A stretch of 64,000 bases of DNA from a virus, in IMG/VR virus record IMGVR_UViG_3300029875_000005, positions 1-64,000 of that record; one strand, given 5' to 3'. Within the stretch, counting starts at the first letter, position 1. Each line of letters starts with the position of its first letter. The position numbers and the translations under genes were made by a program. Of the stretch, positions 45,945-53,656 are shown in pieces. The notes beneath the pieces were generated by a model. The model searched no databases. It saw nothing but the letters and a program-made list of their open reading frames with translations, and was not told the origin of the DNA.

Positions 45945-46376
45945 TTATACCCAACCGGCACCCGAGTTCTCGAGTTCTCGCTTGCAATATTGCAAACCAA
46001 CTTGATCGTCGGGTTCCGGAATCATGATACTGCGGACATTTGCGTAATCTATCACGTTTCGGATAACGCTGCTAGCCTCTGCTGTATTGAGGGAAGTGAG
46101 AGGCTTGTATTTGCGGTTGCCTGTCTTGTCTACCTCATCGGTATAGAAGATGTAGCTGCAAACGTTGCGCTGAATATCACGAAGCGTTTCGTAGAAGGTC
46201 TGCCCTAACTTTAGGGCGAGATAGCTAATCATGAAGTGAAGATAACAAGACTGCTTATCGGTCTGAATGGGGTGGAACTTCTTTAATTCGATATTATACC
46301 CACACTCTTTGGCTTTTTGAACTTCCTTCACGATTCTCAGATAGTCGCGAGGATCATTAGGATTGTATACACTCAT
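45945..46376 (-). CDS. hypothetical protein of the recombination module
   Basis: 143-aa ORF directly downstream of the MBL-fold gene. Confidence 0.55.
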   Translation of the reverse strand: MSVYNPNDPRDYLRIVKEVQKAKECGYNIELKKFHPIQTDKQSCYLHFMISYLALKLGQTFYETLRDIQRNVCSYIFYTDEVDKTGNRKYKPLTSLNTAEASSVIRNVIDYANVRSIMIPEPDDQVGLQYCKRELENSGAGWV

Positions 46377-46386
46377 ATTATTATAA

Positions 46387-47111
46387 TTACATTAGATTGA
46401 TTACTAAACCCTTGCAAGCATAGTCGGTTGGTACACCGAGGACCTGCTGGAATTTGTTTACGGCAACATCGGGGTTAAGATGGCGTGCTGAACCATGAAT
46501 GAGGACGATGCGCTTGGCGGTATTGGCTGCCTTGCATTCGTTGAGATACTCGATAGAGTGAGCCAGACTCATGTGGGAAAGACGGATGCGGTCGGCTTGG
46601 CTGACTATCGTCTTGCCTTCGTTTACGGCTTTCTCTAGGAGAGAATCATCATAGTTGCATTCTGCCAAGAAGTACCGGCACCCTTGAACTACATTTTCCA
46701 TATTGTAGCAATCGGTGAAGAACATCATGGTTCCCATTTCCGGATGATGAATGAGGAAAGAGAAGCAAGGAACATCGTGTTCTACCTTCATCGGGGTGAT
46801 ACTGAAAGCACCTAGATGATAGGTCTGTTCTTTAATCATGCCTTTTACTCCCTTGCATTTCTCGGATAGCTCTTCGGTAGAGTAAGCATCGATTCCTGCT
46901 TTCAGAAAGTCTTTGGCATTTTTTGCATGATCGCCTTTCAGCCGTGGGAGTGACTTATAATCACTCCCACGCATTTTGATGTTTTGAGGTTTGCAACTTT
47001 CTTTACTTCCTGCAACGGACGACCTGCCTCTATACAGAGCTGCTGACCATTACTAGCCTCCAGTACGTAGGCATTGCCAAGACTATTGCTATTTACGACT
47101 ATTAACTTCAT
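46387..47111 (-). pseudogene. MBL-fold hydrolase (RecT-associated putative exonuclease) split by a frame disruption inside HxHxDH
   Basis: N-fragment 46938..47111 reads MKLIVVNSNSLGNAYVLE...CVGVIISHSHG*. The C-fragment ORF 46387..46974 resumes in another frame with ...LKGDHAKNAKD. Removing 8 nt from CACGGCTGAAAGGCGATCAT would restore HSHGDH. Confidence 0.7.
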
Positions 47112-47113
47112 AC

Positions 47114-48016
47114 TTAACTCAAACTAAACTTTTGAGCCTGTGGCTGCTCATCATGTACTTCCTCGGCATTCACGACTTCACCGGTGTCATTACTGATTGT
47201 GATAACGTTCTTTGCCTCGGCAAACTCCTCATCACGCTGAACGATGGCAGAAGGAGCCTCATCAAGGTTCGTAATGTCATTTGATTCGATAGAGAGTTCT
47301 CCCCACTTCGACAGGAGTCTTCTGAGAACAGTCTTGATGGCCATACTTTCGAAGTTGGAATACCATCCTACGCCTTCGCCACTTCCGTTGGCAGCCTGCT
47401 TGAGAGCAATTTCCTTCAGTTTCTCTGCATCAACCTTTTCGCTGAACTTAACGGTAGGACTATACTGCTTTGCATAGCGACATACCTCATCAAGGGTCAT
47501 ATAGAGAAGTTTGGTAAGACCATCCTTCTTCTTGAAGTAGGCGAAGTAACCGATTGGAGTATTTGAAATCTGAGCACCCGAAAGATCAAGCTTTCCTGTA
47601 ACCTTGTCGTAATGGTTGAACTCGCCTTCGTATACGACATCAGCGTTGATTGTCTCGTACTTGCCGGTACGCATAGCCAACTGGAGATAGCCCTTCGTAC
47701 CGATAACGAGCGTAGGAGTCATTACTCCTTTGTTCTTGAACGGAAGGAGATATGCCTGTCCTAGCTGCTTATTGAGAGGCAAGCGAAGGGAGGCTGCTTT
47801 CAGAGCCTCAGCCATCAAATCATTCGGTTTGCACTGGAGCAACTTTTCATCGGATGAAAAGATTTCCATAAGTGAGGTGCAGAAAGCACCTTTATTCTCC
47901 TTTAGTGAACTCTGCAACAGGCTTTGGTAATAACTATTGTTCATTACCGCCTGAAAATTCTTAACTGCTACTGCCTTCTGAGAAGGCTGTGCTTTTGCTA
48001 CTGCTGTTTCTGCCAT
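47114..48016 (-). CDS. recT: RecT-family single-strand annealing recombinase
   Basis: 300 aa. LPLNKQLGQAYLLPFKNKGVMTPTLVIGTKGYLQLAMRTGKYETINADVVYEGEF is a RecT core pattern. Confidence 0.8.
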   Translation of the reverse strand: MAETAVAKAQPSQKAVAVKNFQAVMNNSYYQSLLQSSLKENKGAFCTSLMEIFSSDEKLLQCKPNDLMAEALKAASLRLPLNKQLGQAYLLPFKNKGVMTPTLVIGTKGYLQLAMRTGKYETINADVVYEGEFNHYDKVTGKLDLSGAQISNTPIGYFAYFKKKDGLTKLLYMTLDEVCRYAKQYSPTVKFSEKVDAEKLKEIALKQAANGSGEGVGWYSNFESMAIKTVLRRLLSKWGELSIESNDITNLDEAPSAIVQRDEEFAEAKNVITISNDTGEVVNAEEVHDEQPQAQKFSLS

Positions 48017-48018
48017 GA

Positions 48019-48270
48019 TTACTTCTCCTCTTCTTTATGATTGATTAATTCCTTAGCGATACCAGCCAAGGCTATTGTTCCCAAAGCAAGGTTGATTTCA
48101 CCACTTTCCGGAAAAAGTTCTTTTGGATCAACCTCTACGCTATCGTGGTTATCTAACCACTCCTTTATCCGGCTCGAATCCGTTCCGTCCTTCATGCCTC
48201 CTCCTAACGCTAGAGTACCTTTGATAAGGTCTTTGTCAACCAACATTTCTAATTTTAAAGTTTCTGCCAT
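48019..48270 (-). CDS. hypothetical small protein
   Basis: Start set at MAETLKLEML (ATG at 48270). Confidence 0.5.
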   Translation of the reverse strand: MAETLKLEMLVDKDLIKGTLALGGGMKDGTDSSRIKEWLDNHDSVEVDPKELFPESGEINLALGTIALAGIAKELINHKEEEK

Positions 48271-48289
48271 GATTTTTATATTATTAAAT

Positions 48290-48718
48290 TTAATCTTCTT
48301 TCTTTTCAAAAGAAATATCAATTCTACTAGTCCAACTTTTCTCAAAACTTCCAATTAGACCATCAACAACAGCCTTAGCGACTGCATTAGAACCTGCCTT
48401 TGACGTAATCTGCTTTCTTACAGCCTCTCTTATAGCTTCAGCAGATTCATCTATCTGCTTCTTCACTTCGTCTTCAACGAGTTCTTTAATACGTTTGTTG
48501 AGGTTTATTTCTATCCAGCTATATCTGTTATCTCCACTATAGCTAGAGATTTTTCCATCACTATTGACTTTTGTCGTGAGAACAGCATTAACCATATTGG
48601 TAACAACACCTTCCCAACCATTGAGCGCCGAAAGAACATGAGCCTGTATCGTCTTCTCTATAATCGGCTTAATCATATCCGCAGATAGATTAAGAGACAT
48701 TAAATTATTTTCTGCCAT
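48290..48718 (-). CDS. hypothetical protein
   Basis: 142-aa ORF (MAENNLMSLNL...). Confidence 0.6.
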   Translation of the reverse strand: MAENNLMSLNLSADMIKPIIEKTIQAHVLSALNGWEGVVTNMVNAVLTTKVNSDGKISSYSGDNRYSWIEINLNKRIKELVEDEVKKQIDESAEAIREAVRKQITSKAGSNAVAKAVVDGLIGSFEKSWTSRIDISFEKKED

Positions 48719-48723
48719 AATTT

Positions 48724-48933
48724 TTATTTACTTATTGATTTGATTAATTCTTCTTTTGTTTTAAACACTTCGCTTTCTTTCCTTGTTGGGAAAACTGCGA
48801 ACTTATACTGAATAGAGCAAGGTGCCTCGCCTATCTGCTGAAAGAATACGCCCACGATATTTGCATGTCGGATTTTGTACCCATCGAGCAGATAGACTGC
48901 GTCACCTATATCGAACTTCGTCTTGATTTGCAT
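48724..48933 (-). CDS. hypothetical small protein
   Basis: Start set at MQIKTKFDIGD (ATG at 48933), which avoids overlap with the upstream gene. Confidence 0.5.
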   Translation of the reverse strand: MQIKTKFDIGDAVYLLDGYKIRHANIVGVFFQQIGEAPCSIQYKFAVFPTRKESEVFKTKEELIKSISK

Positions 48934-48949
48934 GATATGTTTCAATCCT

Positions 48950-50944
48950 TTATGACAAAAGCGAAATATGCTCAACCTTCAGTTTATCATCATTTGATAC
49001 TACCAGACGGATTTGCTGACCACCTGTGCTGAGCGGATGGTTAACGCTTTCGCATTCATCGAGCACAACAGGAACCGATACATCATAGAACTGACCGATA
49101 GTGCGCGCGATGTCGATTCCGGCATTCACCTTGGCGGCACCATTGAGGCGGCTGTAAGGCACACCATTGTGATAACATTCGCAATAAGGCTTTTTCTCAC
49201 CATCGAGTTTTGGAAGGAACAGACTCCATTTTACGAAACGGAAGTGCTGATTAACCTTATCTTCGAGAGCCTTGCAAGACAACTGATAGAACTCGTTTGT
49301 GATGTTGAGTTTATCATCAATATCATCAAGCTGCTCCTGAAAGATGGCTTTATCCTTCTGCGCTGCTTCGATATGAGTCATTGTGTTGTCGTAAGATGCT
49401 TTTGAGGCGAGGAGTTCGAGGACTTCATCATATCTGTCAGAAAGCGGCTTTCGCTCTTCAGCGAGTGTTTGAAGTAACTTGTCATTATCCTCGTTGCTAT
49501 CTGATGGTTTGTCGAGTTCTGCCTGCAACTCGCCAATCTCTTTCACTACCTGCTGATACTCTTCCTTGGAGGCAAGAATCTCCTCGTAGGTACTAGGAAC
49601 ATCTGCATCAACATCTGCCTTATGCTTTTCAGCCTCTGAGAGGGCTTGGTGAGCCTTGACGAGCTGGTTTGTGGTGGTCTGACGATCATCATTCAGTTTA
49701 TCCAACTCTTTGTTGAGTTCGGTGTATGCGCTTTGGAGTTTGGCAAACTCATTGTTGAGTTCTTTCATATCCTCAGCCTTGCGAGAATTGAACCGGTTCT
49801 GAGATTCCTGTTTAAGGAGCTGAACATCACCGAGAGGGAGAGCCTGACCGCAATGAGGACAGAAACCTTCCTTATCATCCCATTCCCAAGTGCGCTTGGC
49901 AATCTCATCGCTGCGCTTGTTTAAGTCGCTAACCTTCTTCTTGCACTCTTCAATCTGAGCGTTTATCTGAACCTCAGTGGTAGGATAGCCACTCATAACT
50001 GCTTTGAGGTCTTCAACCGTAGATTCTGCCTTATTGAAGGCTGCGTTGGCGTTGAGAACATCGCTTTGATGCTTGGTCATGTTATCGGTAGACTCCTTGT
50101 CTGCGCCCTGCTCCATCATTCGCTTGCTTTTTTCGGCAAACTCAATCTTCTTGCGGATTCCGTCAAGGCGAACTCTATCTGCTCCACCTGTGCGAATCTG
50201 CTGAATCTTGTTGTCTATCTCTACCAGCTTTTCTTTCAGCTCAGTCTTTTCTTTCTCCATGACCTCCCAATCCTGCTTTGGTGGAAGGGTCTTGTCAAGT
50301 TCGGCAAGTCTGATAGGGACCGCATCGAGTTCCTTCTGAACTTCTGTGCGCTTGTGCTTGAGGTGGTGAAGGATGGCATCAATGTCTTTCTTTTCGAGGA
50401 GTTCAACAAGATAATCATACTTCTCTTCGCCCTTCGTGATGTCTTCGACTGAAATGTCACCTGCCAACGACTGAAGGAATGCACGCTGATTCTGCCAAGT
50501 CATACCAAGGAACAGACTAGGACAGATGCACCACGAAAATGGGTCTTCTTGGAAGATGTCGTTAACTACTTTGCCGAAATCTCCGGCGGTAGTCAATTCT
50601 CCACCAACATAGTACTTGAAGGTATTGGTGCATTTATCACCTTTCCACTTATCGGTCAGAACTCGCTTGAACGAGATTTCATCACCATCTACCAACATAA
50701 CCAACTCGGATGAATGCTCTATCTCCTTGATAATATTGTGATTCTCATCGAAGGTTTTGATGTCGAGCTGCATGCCGTTGGTATCAGTACCGAATAATGT
50801 GTACATGATGGCGTTACCGATAGTGCTCTTGCCTCTTCCGTTGTCTCCCGAGATAACGGTTAGGTCTTCTCCGAAATCGAAGACTCCGGCACGGATGCCA
50901 CAGAAATTTTGCAGTTTAAGTGTCTTGAATAGGATTTTCTTCAT
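48950..50944 (-). CDS. SbcC/Rad50-like SMC-type ATPase with zinc hook
   Basis: Walker A GDNGRGKST, a long central coiled coil containing CPHCGQ (a CxxC hook), and Walker B VPVVLDECES at the C-terminus. Confidence 0.8.
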   Translation of the reverse strand: MKKILFKTLKLQNFCGIRAGVFDFGEDLTVISGDNGRGKSTIGNAIMYTLFGTDTNGMQLDIKTFDENHNIIKEIEHSSELVMLVDGDEISFKRVLTDKWKGDKCTNTFKYYVGGELTTAGDFGKVVNDIFQEDPFSWCICPSLFLGMTWQNQRAFLQSLAGDISVEDITKGEEKYDYLVELLEKKDIDAILHHLKHKRTEVQKELDAVPIRLAELDKTLPPKQDWEVMEKEKTELKEKLVEIDNKIQQIRTGGADRVRLDGIRKKIEFAEKSKRMMEQGADKESTDNMTKHQSDVLNANAAFNKAESTVEDLKAVMSGYPTTEVQINAQIEECKKKVSDLNKRSDEIAKRTWEWDDKEGFCPHCGQALPLGDVQLLKQESQNRFNSRKAEDMKELNNEFAKLQSAYTELNKELDKLNDDRQTTTNQLVKAHQALSEAEKHKADVDADVPSTYEEILASKEEYQQVVKEIGELQAELDKPSDSNEDNDKLLQTLAEERKPLSDRYDEVLELLASKASYDNTMTHIEAAQKDKAIFQEQLDDIDDKLNITNEFYQLSCKALEDKVNQHFRFVKWSLFLPKLDGEKKPYCECYHNGVPYSRLNGAAKVNAGIDIARTIGQFYDVSVPVVLDECESVNHPLSTGGQQIRLVVSNDDKLKVEHISLLS

Positions 50945-51230
50945 TTTTATCTTTGTTTAAAGTTTCTTCTTTTTCTCTCAGTTCCTTATCGTATTCCTCG
51001 AATGCCTTTGCTGTAGCGTAGGTGAACTGGTCACTATTGCGCATGGCATTCAAGATAAGGTTTTTGAGGTCTTCGGGCGATGCGTGCATGAATGCGTATG
51101 CCTTCGGAATGGTTTTGTCACCCATGAGGACTATGCAACGAAAATGCTTTGCCTCATCCCCCATCTTGTCAACTATATCAAGTACCTTCTTGATATGATT
51201 GAAGAAATTCTGTCTGATATTCTTTTTCAT
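50916..51230 (-). CDS. hypothetical protein
   Basis: Start set at MKKNIRQNF (ATG at 51230). The upstream part of the tracked ORF is the terminator hairpin. Confidence 0.55.
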   Translation of the reverse strand: MKKNIRQNFFNHIKKVLDIVDKMGDEAKHFRCIVLMGDKTIPKAYAFMHASPEDLKNLILNAMRNSDQFTYATAKAFEEYDKELREKEETLNKDKNEENPIQDT

Positions 51231-51243
51231 GATTTCGTTTTTT

Positions 51244-51276
51244 AAAAACCTGCCTATATCCTCACGGACGAGCAGG
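51244..51276 (-). terminator. intrinsic-terminator-like hairpin, copy 1 of a repeated element
   Basis: - strand reads CCTGCTCGTCC-GTGA-GGATATAGGCAGG-TTTTT. It shares about 30 nt with copy 2. Confidence 0.6.
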
Positions 51277-51314
51277 AAAAATAAATTTAAATTCAAAAAA
51301 AATAACGCTAAAAA

Positions 51315-51839
51315 CTAATTCTTATCTGTTGATCCTAAACCGCTACGAGTGCCGGTTACCTTGCCAAGTTCCAAGTTAGTATCTGGAACGTAAGTGAAGG
51401 CACCCTGGCAGATGCGTTGGGAATAAGGAATAACGAACTTGAAACCGAGCAGACGCATGATGCGATGCTTTAACCTCCATCTGCCCGACTTGACGATGGC
51501 ATGGACTTCTTCGCCATAGCCGCAATCAATCAAACCAAGAATTACATCAAGGTTTGCTCTAACCTTGCCTAGATAGTCGCCATGAAAGAGCCATGAAGGG
51601 AAATAAACATCTAACAACATTCCTTTGCCCGACATGCCACTACGTGGCTGAATCAGCATTTTCATATTTGAAGGAAGTTGTATCTTGAACCCAAGCGGAA
51701 CGTAAAAGCGTTTATTTGGAATTACTTCCGTGTCCTTGCTGCAATGAAGGTCGTAAGCGGCATCCGTCTCATACGACTTCGTAGGGAAACACCCATGTGT
51801 TACCAATTCTACATTGATTTTTGTACCTGATTTACTCAT
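51315..51839 (-). CDS. dut: trimeric-type dUTPase with insertions
   Basis: Motifs DAAYDL, QPRSGMSGKG, GLIDCGYGEEV, QRICQG and TRSGLGSTD. Confidence 0.8.
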   Translation of the reverse strand: MSKSGTKINVELVTHGCFPTKSYETDAAYDLHCSKDTEVIPNKRFYVPLGFKIQLPSNMKMLIQPRSGMSGKGMLLDVYFPSWLFHGDYLGKVRANLDVILGLIDCGYGEEVHAIVKSGRWRLKHRIMRLLGFKFVIPYSQRICQGAFTYVPDTNLELGKVTGTRSGLGSTDKN

Positions 51840-51850
51840 ATAATCTATTC

Positions 51851-52354
51851 TTATAAATGTTTCTGTTCTAAAAGTTTGTCTACTTCCTTCTGATAAAAGG
51901 ATATCAACTGATTATACTCGAAGAGTGACCAGTTCTTGTTTTCAGTTCTTGCCCTAACCTCTATCAAATCAACCCTCTGCTCGCCAATCTGCTTGATAAG
52001 CGCACGGCGATACATCTGAATATTGCCTTGATTGAAAATATTGCAAGCTACACATTGTGGCCGGCAGTTATCTTCGCTGAATCGGGTTGACATGTAACGT
52101 CTCGACATGTAATGACCGTTCTGAATCTCTTTCCAAGGGAAAACCTTGCCGCAACTGATACATCGGCAATAACCTTTATCATCAGAATATTTCAGTCGAA
52201 TATATTTGGAAAAGACTGCATCGAGTTTGTCTCTCAGCTTACTTTTGCTAAGTCCGGCTTTCGCCTTCTTCTTTTCCTGTTCCTTCTTGGCTTTATCCCA
52301 AGGAGTCTTCTTTATAGGTGTCCTCTTGAGAGGAGTTTTCCTTTTTAAACCCAT
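51851..52354 (-). CDS. ninG: NinG/Rap-like recombination endonuclease
   Basis: Start set at MGLKRKTPLKR (ATG at 52354). CRCISCGK...HYMSRRY...DNCRPQCVACN fits the NinG family pattern. Confidence 0.7.
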   Translation of the reverse strand: MGLKRKTPLKRTPIKKTPWDKAKKEQEKKKAKAGLSKSKLRDKLDAVFSKYIRLKYSDDKGYCRCISCGKVFPWKEIQNGHYMSRRYMSTRFSEDNCRPQCVACNIFNQGNIQMYRRALIKQIGEQRVDLIEVRARTENKNWSLFEYNQLISFYQKEVDKLLEQKHL

Positions 52355-52571
52355 ATTGCACGTAATTATCATTTGTAAAGTTTGAATACTCGCCCTCGGG
52401 CTTTCCGATGTCTGAGGACACATTTTTAATCTTAGAGTTGAGGATATTTATTTTCCTCAGCTTTGACTCGAAAATTCCCAAGGGTGCCCAAGGGTTTCTT
52501 TCGAGTTCTCTGTATATTTCGAGAACCTTTCTCCGGTACTTGTGGAGAGTAGGTTCGGATAAATCTATCAT
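52293..52571 (-). CDS. possible 92-aa protein
   Basis: ATG at 52571 (MIDLSEPTLHKYRRKVLEIYRELERNPW...). It overlaps the ninG-like start by about 60 nt, so coding status is uncertain. Confidence 0.35.
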   Translation of the reverse strand: MIDLSEPTLHKYRRKVLEIYRELERNPWAPLGIFESKLRKINILNSKIKNVSSDIGKPEGEYSNFTNDNYVQYGFKKENSSQEDTYKEDSLG

Positions 52572-52593
52572 AAGCCATTGATTTTGAAGTTTA

Positions 52594-52626
52594 AGAAAAA
52601 CCTGCCCATCCTCACGGACGAGCAGG
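52594..52626 (-). terminator. intrinsic-terminator-like hairpin, copy 2 of a repeated element
   Basis: - strand reads CCTGCTCGTCC-GTGA-GGATGGGCAGG-TTTTT, an 11-bp stem with two G-U pairs and a GNRA-like loop. Confidence 0.65.
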
Positions 52627-52705
52627 AAAGAATCAAAATTTTTTTTAAACAATGTTTGCTGCCGCTGCAGCGAATAATCATACACAACAAACAAATACAT
52701 AATAG

Positions 52706-52808
52706 TCCACCTGTAGGATTCGGACCCAACTTCCCGATTTGATAAGAATGTATTAAGGATTTACACAAAACAGTTTCGGGCGTGCTAACCAATTACACCA
52801 TCGGTGGA
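52706..52808 (-). ncRNA. degenerate tRNA-like element with oversized anticodon region
   Basis: - strand has acceptor TCCACC(G)/(A)GGTGGA, a D-arm ATGGTGTAATTGGTTAGCAC (tRNA-Gln-like), a CCCGA...TCGGG stem enclosing 38 nt, and a T-arm-like GGG-TCCGAAT-CC(T). Confidence 0.35.
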
Positions 52809-53191
52809 TAACGGCATCATGCGCCACCATGAATTTAAGAGCCATGCTCACCGTTTCAGCTATCAGTCATAAAGACTGATGCTCGGGGATGCGTACTTAT
52901 TGAAATAATAATTGCGCGTTCCCTTATAATGACTTAACACTATTCGACTTTACACTTTTCCAATATGTCAAAGAACTTATGCCCCAAAAGGGCAATGGGA
53001 TTGTTCCGGAAACTGCTATATATAATAAGGTATAAAACGAAAGGTGCTGGTAGAATGCTCGACCACAACATTTCCTTCTGGTTCGTGGCGCATGAATTCA
53101 ACGCAAACAACTTATATTGCCACTGGGTCTATACCGCTCCACACCTAACGATTTCAAGAAACATTATAATAACAATATCCAAAACTATTTT

Positions 53192-53263
53192 GGGGATTCG
53201 AGGCGAGTTGAACGCCTTTGCTCGGGTTTCCCCGCTCACTCCGAGTGAGCTAGCTCGATTCCC
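53192..53263 (-). ncRNA. structured tRNA-like RNA candidate (acceptor plus T-arm mimic)
   Basis: - strand pairs GGGAATCG with CGAATCCC at the ends. T-arm AGGCG-TTCAACT-CGCCT. Internal hairpins GCTCACT-CGG-AGTGAGC and GGG-GAAA-CCC. About 72 nt, but no anticodon arm. Confidence 0.3.
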
Positions 53264-53274
53264 ATGTATCACTC

Positions 53275-53287
53275 CTATGCTCACGCA
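53275..53287. repeat. direct repeat CTATGCTCACGCA, copy 1
   Basis: Exact 13-mer, repeated 74 nt downstream. Confidence 0.8.
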
Positions 53288-53348
53288 CAAGAGTGAATTG
53301 ATAGTTTACAAATAAGAAAAAGAGCCTTTCTTAAGCAATCGTTTAACT

Positions 53349-53361
53349 CTATGCTCACGCA
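53349..53361. repeat. direct repeat CTATGCTCACGCA, copy 2
   Basis: Exact 13-mer. Both copies are preceded by ACTC with a 1-nt offset. Confidence 0.8.
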
Positions 53362-53430
53362 TATCCAATTTAAAACGCATTTTGTCTGAATAACTAATCT
53401 AAAAGTTCAACAGCCAAATATTTCACACAT

Positions 53431-53637
53431 TTACACACTCACTAGTTGTGGCACCTTAACAGGCTCTGCTCCGTAGCGATTCAGAGCACAGGAACGAATG
53501 TCCTGAGCCTGTTGGCTATTACTCCGGTAAGCAAGAGCATTGTAGACAGTAGTCTTGCCACAACCAAAAATTTTCATGATTTTAGGAATTTTATCTTTAT
53601 CAATCAATATTTTTTCTATTTTTACGACTTTATTCAT
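53431..53637 (-). CDS. Cro-like small HTH regulator (first gene of the leftward early operon)
   Basis: Start set at MNKVVKIEK (ATG at 53637). HTH segment KIMKIFGCGKTTVYNALAY. Divergent from the CI-like gene. Confidence 0.6.
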   Translation of the reverse strand: MNKVVKIEKILIDKDKIPKIMKIFGCGKTTVYNALAYRSNSQQAQDIRSCALNRYGAEPVKVPQLVSV

Positions 53638-53648
53638 ATTATTTTTTG

Positions 53649-53656
53649 TAAATTTG
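53649..53656 (+). promoter_or_regulatory. candidate -7 box TAAATTTG (rightward, repressor side)
   Basis: Matches TAnnTTTG, about 95-140 nt upstream of the CI-like start. Confidence 0.4.

Noticed and set aside
52862-52880. A perfect 7-bp hairpin whose - strand loop region could be read as an anticodon loop CUUUAUG, with anticodon UUA as in an ochre suppressor.
   Set aside because: The flanks show no acceptor, D or T arms, and position 37 would be a pyrimidine. It was kept only as a structural element of the ncRNA region.
52965-53315. A 116-aa + strand ORF inside the ORF-free early leader region.
   Set aside because: It is opposite in orientation to the whole operon and has odd composition. 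It overlaps the tRNA-like structured element, and no promoter box is evident.
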